64,000 nucleotides of DNA from Nitrosomonadales bacterium (lineage in GTDB: Bacteria > Pseudomonadota > Gammaproteobacteria > Burkholderiales > Gallionellaceae): assembly GCA_037137715.1 (NCBI GenBank), contig JBAXJT010000007.1:16621-80620 (forward strand). The letters run 5' to 3'. Position 1 is the first letter of the stretch. Each line of letters opens with the position of its first letter. This document shows positions 18,781-28,655 of the stretch, piece by piece. A program made the translations under genes and the position numbers. The notes under the pieces are model-generated. The model did not search any database. It was not told where the DNA came from and worked only from the letters and a program-made list of their open reading frames with translations.

Positions 18781-20665
18781 CGCGCTCATGCACTGGAACA
18801 ATGATTTGGCGGTGATGAAAAGTGGCAATGCCCGTGCGTTTGAAGAGACTCATCTCGAAGCGGATGGCGAGCATATTTATCTATCACAAAAATTCCCGCT
18901 GTTGGATGAGGCCGGCCGTATTTTGGGTGTGGGTGGAATATCGACCGACATTACAGAGCGCAAGCAAAGAGAAGAAGAACTGCGCATTTCGGCCATTGCC
19001 TTCGAATCTCAAGAAGGCATCATGGTCACGGATAAAAATGCCATCATTCAGCGGGTGAACCGGGCATTTACCACCCTGACAGGCTACACCTCTGCCGAAG
19101 TGGTTGGAAAATCGCCGCGCATACTCAGTTCAGGACGTCACAGCAAAGCGTTCTATCAGGCCATGTGGCAGCAGGTATTGCAAAATAATTACTGGCAGGG
19201 CGAGATATGGAATCGCCGCAAGAATGGTGAGATTTACCCAGAATGGCTGACTTTGACGGCCGTTATTGCGCCCGATGGTGAGGTGACCCATTATGTTGCT
19301 GCATTTTCTGACATCACCAAGAATGAGGAGGCTCAGGCGCAAATCCATCGACTGGCCTATTATGATCCACTGACTAAGTTGCCAAATCGCAGGTTGCTTG
19401 AAGACAGGCTAAATCAGGCAGTGCTGACGGCCGTTCGCAGTAAGCTATACGGTGCCTTGTTGTTTCTTGATCTGGATAAATTCAAGATTGTTAATGATAC
19501 GGCGGGACACTATACCGGGGATTTGCTGCTGATCGAGGTTGCGCGACGCTTGCATGATCTGGTCCGAGCGGGTGATACGATTGCGCGTTTGGGGGGCGAC
19601 GAGTTCGTGATTTTGCTCGAAGACTTAAGTGTGGATGCGGAAGAAGCGGCAACACAAATTAAATCTTTATGTCTGAAGATACTGGCTGCGCTGGTACGCC
19701 CCTATCGAATCAATGAACATGAGTTTTATTGCTCGGCAAGTATCGGCGTAGACATGTTCTGTCAGGATAATCTAAGCGCTGAGGAATTGTTAAAGCATAC
19801 CGATATGGCCATGTATCAGGCCAAAGATGCAGGCCGCAATACCCTGAGATTCTTTGATCCTGCCATGCAGTCTATTATTTCCACGCGGGCCGCACTAGAG
19901 CGAGACTTGCGCCATGCGCTCGAACACAACCAATTCAGCCTATATTACCAGTCACAGGTTTACCAAAATCACAGGGTAATCGGTGCCGAAGCATTGATAC
20001 GCTGGATTCATCCTGAACGAGGTTTGGTTTCACCAGCAGACTTTATTCCCTTAGCTGAAGAAACCGGTTTAATACTGCCTGTGGGTCAGTGGGTGCTGGA
20101 TACGGCCTGTGAGCAACTGAAACGGTGGGAGAGCCTGCCGCATATGCAGGACTTGCATCTGGCGGTTAATGTCAGTGCATGTCAGTTCCGTCAGGCCAAT
20201 TTTGTTGCACTTGTCGAGCAGACTCTCCTGCGCCATGCCATCAATCCGGCACTGCTTAAACTTGAACTCACTGAAGGCATGGTGCTGGGCAATGTACAAG
20301 ACGCTATTGCCAAGATGAATGCGTTAAGGAAAATTGGCCTGCGATTTTCAATGGATGATTTTGGTACCGGCTTTTCGTCACTGGCCTACCTGACCCAATT
20401 ACCGCTTAATCAGCTGAAAATCGACCAGTCCTTTGTACGCAATATCGGCATCCAATCGACTGATGCAATCATCGTGCAAACCATCATCGGTATGGCACAC
20501 AATCTCGGCATAGAGGTGATTGCCGAGGGCGTTGAAACTGAAGCGCAACGCGCCTTTCTGGAGCAGCATGGGTGTCCGACTTGTCAGGGTTATTTATTCA
20601 GTAGACCGGTACCGCTCGATCAGTTTGAGGCACTGCTAAAGAAAAACACACTCACCTCGACCTGA
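18746..20665 (+). CDS. PAS-GGDEF-EAL c-di-GMP protein, the C-terminal or main part of a split gene
   Basis: PAS region (GEIWNRRKNGE), GGDEF (RLGGDEF) and EAL (ALIRW..P.RG.. and DDFGTGFSSL). It opens in the +1 frame and overlaps the previous ORF by 35 nt. Confidence 0.85.
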   Translation: MIDVPACMPASDALMHWNNDLAVMKSGNARAFEETHLEADGEHIYLSQKFPLLDEAGRILGVGGISTDITERKQREEELRISAIAFESQEGIMVTDKNAIIQRVNRAFTTLTGYTSAEVVGKSPRILSSGRHSKAFYQAMWQQVLQNNYWQGEIWNRRKNGEIYPEWLTLTAVIAPDGEVTHYVAAFSDITKNEEAQAQIHRLAYYDPLTKLPNRRLLEDRLNQAVLTAVRSKLYGALLFLDLDKFKIVNDTAGHYTGDLLLIEVARRLHDLVRAGDTIARLGGDEFVILLEDLSVDAEEAATQIKSLCLKILAALVRPYRINEHEFYCSASIGVDMFCQDNLSAEELLKHTDMAMYQAKDAGRNTLRFFDPAMQSIISTRAALERDLRHALEHNQFSLYYQSQVYQNHRVIGAEALIRWIHPERGLVSPADFIPLAEETGLILPVGQWVLDTACEQLKRWESLPHMQDLHLAVNVSACQFRQANFVALVEQTLLRHAINPALLKLELTEGMVLGNVQDAIAKMNALRKIGLRFSMDDFGTGFSSLAYLTQLPLNQLKIDQSFVRNIGIQSTDAIIVQTIIGMAHNLGIEVIAEGVETEAQRAFLEQHGCPTCQGYLFSRPVPLDQFEALLKKNTLTST

Positions 20666-20700
20666 AAATTCGTATAACTATTTCTTGATGTCGTTAATCA

Positions 20701-20728
20701 AAAGCCCCCGAAGTGCTTCGGGGGCTTT
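20701..20728. terminator. Bidirectional terminator between convergent genes
   Basis: AAAGCCCCCGAAG-tg-CTTCGGGGGCTTT. Confidence 0.75.
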
Positions 20729-20746
20729 GCTGAAAACGAGCGGGTG

Positions 20747-21832
20747 TTATTTTGCGCCCATCGCCAGAGCCTGTAAGCGCCCCTTTTCGCGATCGGCAGC
20801 ATCGGGCAGATTCAACCAGCCCTGCAGATTGTCCATCACGAGATCGGTCAAGGCTCGCATCCAGTCGTCCCGGTCGTTGAGGCAGGGGATGTAGTGATAT
20901 TCGCCGCCGCCTGCGTGCTGGAAATCCTCACGCCCTTCCATGGCGATTTCTTCCAGCGTTTCTAAGCAGTCTCCGACAAAACCCGGGCAGACAATATCCA
21001 CGCGACGCGTTTTTTGCCGGCCCAGTTCCAGTAAGGTAGCGGTCGTGTAGGGTTTAATCCATTCGGCGCGTCCGAAACGTGATTGGAAGCTGACCACGTA
21101 CTGTTCGCGCGTCAATCCCAGTGCTTCGGCGAGCAATCGACCGGACTTGTGACATTCGCAGTGGTAGGGATCGCCCTTGTCCAGTGTGTATTGCGGCACG
21201 CCATGAAAACTCATCACCAGTTTTTCCGGACGACCGTGTTTTTCCCAATACTCATTGATGTTGGCTGCCAGTGATTTGATATAACCTGGATCATCGTGAA
21301 AATGCTTGACGGTGCGGATGGCCGGCATATTGCGCATTTTTTGCAGTTCGCCAAACACTTGATCGAACGCCGGCGCGGTCGAACTGGCCGCATATTGCGG
21401 AAACAGCGGCACGACAAGGATGCGCTGGCAGTTTTGCGCTTTTAAGCGGCCCATAGCATCCGGTATCGACGGATTTCCATAGGTCATTGCAAATTCGACG
21501 GCGAAGGGTGCGCGCGTGCGTTCACCCAGATAGCCTTGCAACATAATGGCCTGTTTTTCCGTGTAGACGCGCAAGGGGGAGCCTTCAGCGAGCCAGACGC
21601 TGGCATATTTTGCGGCGGACTTTTTCGGGCGCACGTTCAAAATAATGCCGTTGAGTATCAGCCACCAGAGCGCTTTGGGAATTTCCACGACGCGCGGATC
21701 GCCCAGAAACTGTTTGAGGTACGGGCGCACAGCCTGTGCGGTGGGTGCGTCGGGTGTCCCTAAATTGACCAGCAAGATGCCGGTTTTTTCAGGTGTGCCG
21801 TGGGTATAGCCGGGTTCGGTCAGGTAGGTCAT
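20747..21832 (-). CDS. hemH: Ferrochelatase
   Basis: [12 protein letters not shown]-terminus and SFHG.P, consistent with ferrochelatase over its full length. Confidence 0.93.
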   Translation of the reverse strand: MTYLTEPGYTHGTPEKTGILLVNLGTPDAPTAQAVRPYLKQFLGDPRVVEIPKALWWLILNGIILNVRPKKSAAKYASVWLAEGSPLRVYTEKQAIMLQGYLGERTRAPFAVEFAMTYGNPSIPDAMGRLKAQNCQRILVVPLFPQYAASSTAPAFDQVFGELQKMRNMPAIRTVKHFHDDPGYIKSLAANINEYWEKHGRPEKLVMSFHGVPQYTLDKGDPYHCECHKSGRLLAEALGLTREQYVVSFQSRFGRAEWIKPYTTATLLELGRQKTRRVDIVCPGFVGDCLETLEEIAMEGREDFQHAGGGEYHYIPCLNDRDDWMRALTDLVMDNLQGWLNLPDAADREKGRLQALAMGAK

Positions 21833-22006
21833 TTTGGATTTGCGTATGGTTTAGTGTGTAGAGGCTATCACGCGCAAGCGGGAATGGGCGCATTTTAAAT
21901 TAACTGGACGCTACGATTTTAAATTTTTTATAAACGCTGTCAAAGTTTGACAAACAGCTGTTTGAAAACTACAGTGCCACACCCCTTAAGTAATTCCTTA
22001 TACACC

Positions 22007-23047
22007 ATGAAATTGACCTTCCTGTTCATTGCGATCGCTGCCAGTCTTTGCGCTTGTGGCAAAAAAGAAACCGCAGCGCCCGTCAACGCGGTGCGACCCG
22101 CGCTCACACAAATTGTCGGCGTGCAGGCAGGTGAGGGGGAGATTTTTTACAGCGGCGAGATTCGTGCACGCAATGAGTTGGCAGTGAGTTTTCGTACCGG
22201 CGGCAAACTGATCGCGCGTCCGGTTGAGGCGGGCATGCAGGTTAAATCAGGTCAGGTGTTGGCCAGATTAGATCCGTTGGACGCGGCCTTGCAAGCGGGG
22301 GCCGCCCGTGCGCAATACACGCTGGCCGAGAGCGAGGCGCTGCGCTATCGAGAGTTGCATCGTAAAGGCTTTGTCAGTCAGTCAGCGTTGGATGCAAAGG
22401 AAGCGGCCTTGCAAGCGGCGAGTGCACAGTCGGGGTTGGCGCACAATCAGTCTGATTACACCGTGCTGCGCGCGGCATACGACGGGGTGGTGGCGGCAAC
22501 CTTAGCTGAAGCGGGTCAGGTGGTCAGTGCAGGACAAGCTGTGTTGCGACTGGCGCAATCGGGTGAAGTTGAAGTCGCTATCGAAATTCCTGAAGCGGAT
22601 TATGCTGCGCGGCATGTGGGCGACAAGGCGGATATCGTGTTGCTGACAGCGACGGGGGAGCACATGAGCGGGCGCTTGCGTGAACTGTCGCCGTCCGCTG
22701 ACCCTGTCAGTCGAACCTATGCCGCACGCGTGTCTGTCGCATCTCCACCCGCTCGACTTGCGCTGGGAATGACCGCACGGGTGCGTTTCGAAGCCGGTAA
22801 AACGAGCGCGGCCGAATTGCTGATTCCTGTTTCGGCGGTTTATCAGCAGGGGGCGCATCCGGCCGTTTGGATCGTCTCTGCCGATCACACGGTGAGTTTA
22901 AGGCCGGTCGAAATCAGCGCCTATCGAGACAGCGGTGCCGTGATTGCCAGCGGCTTGGCTTCGGGTGAGCGCATCGTGACGGCCGGGGTGCACAGATTGT
23001 CAGCAGGGGACAAAATTCAGTTGATCGCGCAGGTAGCAGCCCAATGA
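22007..23047 (+). CDS. RND efflux periplasmic adaptor (membrane fusion protein) lipoprotein
   Basis: Lipobox ASLCAC. Coiled-coil hairpin and beta-barrel pattern. ATGA overlap with the downstream RND pump. Confidence 0.88.
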   Translation: MKLTFLFIAIAASLCACGKKETAAPVNAVRPALTQIVGVQAGEGEIFYSGEIRARNELAVSFRTGGKLIARPVEAGMQVKSGQVLARLDPLDAALQAGAARAQYTLAESEALRYRELHRKGFVSQSALDAKEAALQAASAQSGLAHNQSDYTVLRAAYDGVVAATLAEAGQVVSAGQAVLRLAQSGEVEVAIEIPEADYAARHVGDKADIVLLTATGEHMSGRLRELSPSADPVSRTYAARVSVASPPARLALGMTARVRFEAGKTSAAELLIPVSAVYQQGAHPAVWIVSADHTVSLRPVEISAYRDSGAVIASGLASGERIVTAGVHRLSAGDKIQLIAQVAAQ

Positions 23048-26000
23048 AAGGGCCGAATCTTTCCGCCTGGGCGTTGACGCACCAGCAAATGGTGCTGTAT
23101 CTGATCATCGTGCTGACCGCGGCCGGGGTGATTTCCTATTTCAATTTAGGTCGCGCCGAGGATCCCGATTTTACCTTTAAGGTCATGGCGGTGCGCACGC
23201 AATGGCCGGGTGCGGATACCCAGCAGGTTGAGCACGAACTGACCGAGCGGATCGAGAAAAAGTTGCAGGAAACCGCCTGGGTCGATGTGTTGCGCTCGGC
23301 CTCCAAACCCGGTGAATCGATGGTGTTTGTGATGCTCAAGGATTACACGCCTAAGCAGGAAGTGCCGGAAGCCTGGCGTCAGGTGCGCAAGAAGCTCGAC
23401 GATATTCGTCATACCTTACCCGCCGGCGTGCAGGGCCCGTTTCCCAATGAGGAATTCGGCGATGTGATGATCAATATTTTCGCGCTGACCGGAGACGGCT
23501 TTGATCTGGCCGACTTGCGCCGTCAGGCGGATCAGATCGCGCTCGATTTAAAACGCGTGCCCGATGTTAAGCGGGTCGAACTGATCGGGGTGCAGGATGA
23601 AAAGATCTATCTGGATGCGAGCCCCGCACGTCTGGCAAGCTTCGGCGTCACCCCGGCGCAAATCGGTGCAGCGCTGCAACAACAAAATGCCATCGCGCCT
23701 GCCGGATTTTTGGATACCAGTACCGACCGGATCTGGCTGCGCGTATCGGGCGGCTTCGACAGCATCGAGCGCATCCGCAATACCGATCTGCTGGTCAACG
23801 GCAAACATCTGCGACTGGGCGATATCGTTAAGGTCTCGCGAGGCTTGAATGAACCTGCACGTCCCGGCATGCGGGTGGAAGGGGTGCCTGCCATCGGGAT
23901 CGGCGTCATCATGGACAAGGGCGGCAATGTGATCGGCCTGGGCGAGCATCTGAAGGCAGCCATGAAAACGATTTCAGCGAATTTGCCGGTCGGTATCGAC
24001 GTCCACGTTGTCGCCGATCAGCCGGAAGTCGTCAAGGAGTCCGTGTCTTTGTTTCAGGATTCCTTGGGTGAGGCGATTTTGATCGTGCTGGTGGTGTCCT
24101 TTTTGAGTCTGGGCTGGCGCACAGGTACGGTGGTGGCCTTGTCCATTCCGCTGGTGCTGGCGATCACCTTTTTTATGATGAAGATTTTCGGCATTGATTT
24201 GCAGCGCATCTCGCTGGGCGCGCTGGTGATCGCATTAGGCTTGCTGGTCGATGATGCGATCATCGCGGTTGAAATGATGGTCGTGAAAATGGAGCAGGGC
24301 TGGGACCGGTTTCAGGCGGCCACCTACGCCTATACCTCGACGGCCTTCCCGATGCTGACCGGCACGCTGATTACGGCGGCGGCCTTTACGCCGGTCGGCT
24401 TCTCGAAATCAGCCGCCAGCGAATATACCTTTTCGATTTTCGCCGTGGTGACCATCGCGTTGATCGTGTCGTGGCTGGTGGCGGTGGTGTTCACGCCTTA
24501 CTTGGGCTACAAGCTGCTCGATCCTGCCAAGCTGATCGCCAATGCACAAAAGCACGGCGAGGATATCTACGACACGCCGTTCTACCGGCGTTTTAGCGCG
24601 CTTCTGGTGTGGTGTCTGAAAAATCGCTGGAAGGTGATCGGTGGCACGCTGCTACTTTTTGTGTTGTCGATTGTGGCATTCGGTCAGGGCGTACAAAAGC
24701 AGTTTTTCCCCTCTTCCAGTCGTCTGGAATTGCTGGTCGATGTCTGGCTGCCGCAGGGCGCGTCGCTCAAAGCCACCGGCCACGAAGTGGCTCGCATCGA
24801 GGACCTGCTCAAGCGCGATCCGGCTGTCAACAGCTTTTCCTGTTATGTGGGCAACAGCTCGCCGCGCTTCTTCTTGTCGCTGGATGTGAAACTGTTCAGC
24901 GATAATTACGGTCAGTGCGTGATTCTGACTAAAGATTTTAAGGCGCGCGAAACCTTGAAGTTGCGACTGGAGCAGATTTTTACCTCCGCTGAAGGGGGCT
25001 TCGGTCATATACACCCGCATGTGCTCAGGCTGGAGAATGGCCCGCCGGTCGGTTATCCGGTGCAATTCCGTGTCAGCGGTGCGGACGTCGAGCAGGTGCG
25101 CCTGATTGCCGAGCAGGTCTCTACAATGATGCGCGCTAATTCCCATTTGCAGGATGTCAGTTTTGACTGGAACGAAAAAGTCAAAAGCGTGCATCTGGTC
25201 GTTGATCAGGACAAGGCGCGCGTTTTAGGGATTTCGAGTCGCGACATCGCACAGACGATGCAAGGCTGGCTCAATGGCGTGGCGCTCACCCAGTATCGTG
25301 AAGACGATCAGCTGATCGACATAGTGTGGCGGGGTGCCGCCGATGCTCGCACGCTCGATCGTCTGGCGGGGCTGGATATTCCGACCGCTGGTGGTCGCCA
25401 TGTTCCCTTGTCTCAGGTCGCGCGTCTGGTGCCGGTGCTCGAAGAGGCCGTGGTCTGGCGTCGCAACCGGCAGCCGACTATGTCGGTGTTAGCGGATATG
25501 AGCGACAAGACGCAACCTGCCACGGTGTCCCGTCAGTTGGACGCGCAGCTCAATGCACTGCGTGAGACGCTGCCGGCAGGGTTTCATATCGAGATGGGCG
25601 GTAGCGTCGAGGAGTCCGCCAAGGGTGAAAAAGCGATCATGGCGGTGATGCCGCTGATGCTGGTGGGCGTGATAACCTTGCTGATGATGCAGTTGCAAAG
25701 CATCAGTCGCACCATCATCGTGCTGCTCACCGCGCCCTTGGGGATGATAGGCGTGACCGCCGCGCTGCTGATCTTTCAGGTGCCGTTCGGTTTCGTCGCC
25801 AATCTGGGCTTTATCGCGCTAGCCGGTATGATCATGCGAAATTCGGTGATACTGGTCGATCAAATCCGCCAGGATGAGGCCGAAGGTAAAAGCAGTTGGG
25901 AGGCTATAGTCGGCTCCACCGTGCGGCGTTTCCGTCCCATCATGCTGACCGCGGCCGCCGCGATTCTGGCGATGATCCCGCTGACCCGTCAGGTGTTCTG

Positions 26001-26109
26001 GGGGCCGATGGCCGTCACCATTATGGGCGGGTTGGTGGTGGCAACCCTGCTGACCTGCCTGTTTTTGCCGGCGCTGTATGCCGCGTGGTTTAGGGTGAAA
26101 GAGGAATGA
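23044..26109 (+). CDS. RND family efflux permease (AcrB/AcrD/AcrF superfamily)
   Basis: 1021 aa. 12-TM architecture with two large periplasmic loops. Conserved GLLVDDAIIAVE in TM4. Confidence 0.93.
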   Translation: MKGPNLSAWALTHQQMVLYLIIVLTAAGVISYFNLGRAEDPDFTFKVMAVRTQWPGADTQQVEHELTERIEKKLQETAWVDVLRSASKPGESMVFVMLKDYTPKQEVPEAWRQVRKKLDDIRHTLPAGVQGPFPNEEFGDVMINIFALTGDGFDLADLRRQADQIALDLKRVPDVKRVELIGVQDEKIYLDASPARLASFGVTPAQIGAALQQQNAIAPAGFLDTSTDRIWLRVSGGFDSIERIRNTDLLVNGKHLRLGDIVKVSRGLNEPARPGMRVEGVPAIGIGVIMDKGGNVIGLGEHLKAAMKTISANLPVGIDVHVVADQPEVVKESVSLFQDSLGEAILIVLVVSFLSLGWRTGTVVALSIPLVLAITFFMMKIFGIDLQRISLGALVIALGLLVDDAIIAVEMMVVKMEQGWDRFQAATYAYTSTAFPMLTGTLITAAAFTPVGFSKSAASEYTFSIFAVVTIALIVSWLVAVVFTPYLGYKLLDPAKLIANAQKHGEDIYDTPFYRRFSALLVWCLKNRWKVIGGTLLLFVLSIVAFGQGVQKQFFPSSSRLELLVDVWLPQGASLKATGHEVARIEDLLKRDPAVNSFSCYVGNSSPRFFLSLDVKLFSDNYGQCVILTKDFKARETLKLRLEQIFTSAEGGFGHIHPHVLRLENGPPVGYPVQFRVSGADVEQVRLIAEQVSTMMRANSHLQDVSFDWNEKVKSVHLVVDQDKARVLGISSRDIAQTMQGWLNGVALTQYREDDQLIDIVWRGAADARTLDRLAGLDIPTAGGRHVPLSQVARLVPVLEEAVVWRRNRQPTMSVLADMSDKTQPATVSRQLDAQLNALRETLPAGFHIEMGGSVEESAKGEKAIMAVMPLMLVGVITLLMMQLQSISRTIIVLLTAPLGMIGVTAALLIFQVPFGFVANLGFIALAGMIMRNSVILVDQIRQDEAEGKSSWEAIVGSTVRRFRPIMLTAAAAILAMIPLTRQVFWGPMAVTIMGGLVVATLLTCLFLPALYAAWFRVKEE

Positions 26110-26110
26110 T

Positions 26111-26190
26111 GCCGCAAGGGCATTCCCACGAAACTACGGAGCTAAAGCTCCTGTTTCTGAGTGAAGGAGGCGGGATTGAGGATTCAGGGG
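26111..26190. repeat. Dispersed intergenic repeat, copy A
   Basis: GCCGCAAGGGCATTCCCACGAAACTACGGAGCTAAAGCTCCTGTTTCTGAGTGAAGG.., immediately after the RND stop codon. Related to the copy at 34330-34389. Hairpin GGAGC-TAAA-GCTCC at 26138-26151. Confidence 0.6.
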
Positions 26191-26308
26191 CCTGTGCAGG
26201 GCGGATGTCTTCATGCAATCCGTTGTATGATTATTTAATTTATTTAATATATTAATATAATCAATAAGTTGCATTCATTTTTTGATTGGGGTTGGTGAGG
26301 GTGGAACG

Positions 26309-26686
26309 TTACCCTAACGTTGCCAGTAGCTCGATTTTTGGAGCTTTTGCCTGAACAACTTTCTGGATGCCATGCCCCGCCGGGTTGGCCTGACGTTGTG
26401 AAATGAGCAGCCCCATCTTTTCAAGCAGTCCGATATCTTTGGAGATGGACGAACGGTTGCGATGCAGGCTATGGGACAGTTCATTAATTGTCCTCGACTC
26501 GTGCATCACCTCAAGCATCAAACGACGACGCCCTTCCGAGAGTACGGTAAACATCTGTTGCGGGTCTTCGAATGAGAGCGTCAGTTTTTCTTCAAACGCG
26601 TCGCCTCGATCAGCTCTTTGTGCAGCATCCTTCGCACGCGAGAAGAAGCCCGCCACGTCATCAGTGCGTATCACGATTTTGGTCAT
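26309..26686 (-). CDS. Winged-HTH DNA-binding protein (MarR/HVO_A0114-like), putative antitoxin
   Basis: ..LSFEDPQQMFTVLSEGRRRLMLEV..INELSHSLHRNRSSISKDIGLLEKMGLL.. pattern. 4-nt ATGA overlap with the upstream gene. Confidence 0.6.
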   Translation of the reverse strand: MTKIVIRTDDVAGFFSRAKDAAQRADRGDAFEEKLTLSFEDPQQMFTVLSEGRRRLMLEVMHESRTINELSHSLHRNRSSISKDIGLLEKMGLLISQRQANPAGHGIQKVVQAKAPKIELLATLG

Positions 26687-27015
26687 AGCATTTTTCCTTG
26701 TGTCTGGTTAATAATTTCCAACCACTCCTGCTGGAATCTTTCCTGCGTCGCTTCAAAACTCACGAACTTGACCGCTTCGATCTTACCCATGTAATGACGG
26801 TGATGATAATCGTGTGCATTGTCGAAACCGAGAACCCGGCCGTTATCGCCCCTGTGAATCGCGCGGTTGATGTAGGCCAGGTTGTACCGGGTCACTACGG
26901 TCTTGCCATGTTCCATATGCCCCCAGACCTCATAACTCAATAGCCAGCCACCTGATTTCGGCTTGAGTTCGAATCGTTCCTGTTCGAGCAGTGTTTCCTT
27001 GGTTGGTTTAGACAT
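26683..27015 (-). CDS. TumE/DUF6516-like putative toxin
   Basis: 110 aa with GFDNAHDYHHRHY, resembling the D-N-A-x-H..HH.H core I associate with DUF6516/TumE. Translationally coupled to the HTH gene. Confidence 0.5.
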   Translation of the reverse strand: MSKPTKETLLEQERFELKPKSGGWLLSYEVWGHMEHGKTVVTRYNLAYINRAIHRGDNGRVLGFDNAHDYHHRHYMGKIEAVKFVSFEATQERFQQEWLEIINQTQGKML

Positions 27016-27084
27016 TCAATCTCCAGATGTGCACCATCATAGCGTACCTGAATGGATGTGTCTCGTTCCATCGGTTCATGTAAG

Positions 27085-27387
27085 TCAGTCGATGTGGTGG
27101 AGCTGTCGCTGGTCAAGGCAGTCGCTGTCGCCCGCCTGATACTCGCCGCAGATCATCGGGCGTTGGGCGTAGATGGTGCACAACATGGTTTTTCTGTTGA
27201 GAGCGGCGCACCAGCCATCCTCTAGTCGCGCCATCACCCAGCCGCCCCAGCGATCCTGTTCGGTCAATTCGACTGGTATGTCATCGTCCCCCATCAGCAT
27301 TACCTCAAGGCGGCAGCAGCAGGCTTTGCAGGTGGCGCAGGTGGTGGGCTCTTGTGTGTCGCAAGCAGATATAGTCATAGCGTGCAT
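27085..27387 (-). CDS. YkgJ family cysteine-cluster (zinc/iron-chelating) protein
   Basis: CATCKACCCR (CxxCxxCC) motif plus distal C..C residues. About 100 aa. Confidence 0.8.
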   Translation of the reverse strand: MHAMTISACDTQEPTTCATCKACCCRLEVMLMGDDDIPVELTEQDRWGGWVMARLEDGWCAALNRKTMLCTIYAQRPMICGEYQAGDSDCLDQRQLHHID

Positions 27388-27451
27388 TCTCGCATCCTGC
27401 CGGATTTATGCCAAATATGAACGGGCGATAATCTTTAAAACGGCTTTTCTT

Positions 27452-27561
27452 CCACGAAAGACACGAAGCGGGGTAAGCAGGCAATCCGCAAAGCGGATGC
27501 TCGCAAATTCACGAAATAGGGTAAGCAGGTATTTCGACGTAAGGCGAAAGCTCGCAAAGAA
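27452..27561. repeat. Imperfect tandem repeat of about 50 bp (2 units plus a partial)
   Basis: Each unit is CACGAA..GGGTAAGCAGG..internal hairpin..GCTCGCAAA (27462-27509 and 27510-27561). The hairpin sequences differ: ATCCGC-aaa-GCGGAT versus TTTCG-acgtaagg-CGAAA. Confidence 0.6.
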
Positions 27562-27630
27562 AACAATTAATTGCATAAGTTTATCGATCTACCTAACGGG
27601 TGAGACAACAAATCAAAACATGCCTTTGAA

Positions 27631-27650
27631 TTTGTTCGTGTTTGTTCGTG
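27631..27650 (+). repeat. Perfect 10-bp direct repeat TTTGTTCGTG x2 about 45 bp upstream of rlmF
   Basis: tttgttcgtg tttgttcgtg, followed by a degenerate atttttgtgg. TTCGTG is the complement of the CACGAA motif repeated at 27453-27515. Confidence 0.7.
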
Positions 27651-27695
27651 ATTTTTGTGGACAACTGCTTTTATAAGATAATGGGATAATGCCGT

Positions 27696-28655
27696 ATGAA
27701 AAATAAATCCCCCGCTAGCGCGAAAGTGCGCCCCGTTTCCGTCGAAAAACTGCATCCGGGAAATCCGCATCGCGGTCGCTATGATTTCACGCAATTGATA
27801 GTCGCGAGCCCCGAGCTGGCGGCGTTTGTCTCGATCAATCCCTATGGCGATGCATCGATTGATTTTGCGAATCCTGCCGCGGTCAGAGCGCTCAACCGCG
27901 CACTGCTGATTCAGTATTACGGCATTCAAGGCTGGGACATTCCTGCACGCTTCCTGTGTCCGCCGATTCCGGGGCGCGCGGATTATCTGCACTATCTGGC
28001 GGATATGCTGGCCGAAGGTGGCGTTGTGCCAACGGGGTTGCGGGTGCTCGATATCGGTACGGGGGCCAACTGCATTTATCCTTTGCTAGGACACCGCACG
28101 TTTAGCTGGCAATTTGTCGGTAGCGACATTGATCCGGCAGCGCTTGAAAACGCGCAACGCATACTGGACGCCAATCCCGATTTGAGCGGTGCGATCGAGC
28201 TACGTTTGCAGCGCTCACAGCAGGCGATTTTCAACGGGGTGGTGAGGCCAGGTGAGACTTTCGATCTGACCCTGTGTAATCCGCCGTTTCATGGCTCGCT
28301 GGCAGAAGCCAATCTGGGCACGCAGCAAAAGTGGAAGAACCTGGGTAAAGGGGCTTCGCGTGCGCTCAACTTCGGCGGGCAGGGTGCGGAGCTTTGGTGT
28401 CGGGGCGGTGAGGAGGCGTTTGTCTGCCGGATGATCGCCGAGAGTGCTCAGGTTAACTGCCTGTGGCATAGCTCGCTGATCTCCAAATCGTCCAGCTTGC
28501 CGGGCGTCTACCGCGCGCTTAACAAGGCGGGCGTGCAGGAGGTCAGGACGATAGAGATGGCGCAGGGACAGAAGAAGAGCCGGTTTGTTGCCTGGACTTT
28601 TCATGATGCGTCACAGCGGCGCGACTGGTTTATCAAGGGCGCTTTAGTGAAATAA
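27696..28655 (+). CDS. rlmF: 23S rRNA (adenine1618-N6)-methyltransferase RlmF
   Basis: [18 protein letters not shown] motif and the LCNPPFH catalytic motif. N-terminal [11 protein letters not shown]. Confidence 0.9.
   Translation: MKNKSPASAKVRPVSVEKLHPGNPHRGRYDFTQLIVASPELAAFVSINPYGDASIDFANPAAVRALNRALLIQYYGIQGWDIPARFLCPPIPGRADYLHYLADMLAEGGVVPTGLRVLDIGTGANCIYPLLGHRTFSWQFVGSDIDPAALENAQRILDANPDLSGAIELRLQRSQQAIFNGVVRPGETFDLTLCNPPFHGSLAEANLGTQQKWKNLGKGASRALNFGGQGAELWCRGGEEAFVCRMIAESAQVNCLWHSSLISKSSSLPGVYRALNKAGVQEVRTIEMAQGQKKSRFVAWTFHDASQRRDWFIKGALVK

Noticed and set aside
27452-27561. Possible CRISPR-like array
   Set aside because: There are only about two imperfect units of roughly 50 bp, directly abutting with no unique spacers. 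No cas genes are present in the window.
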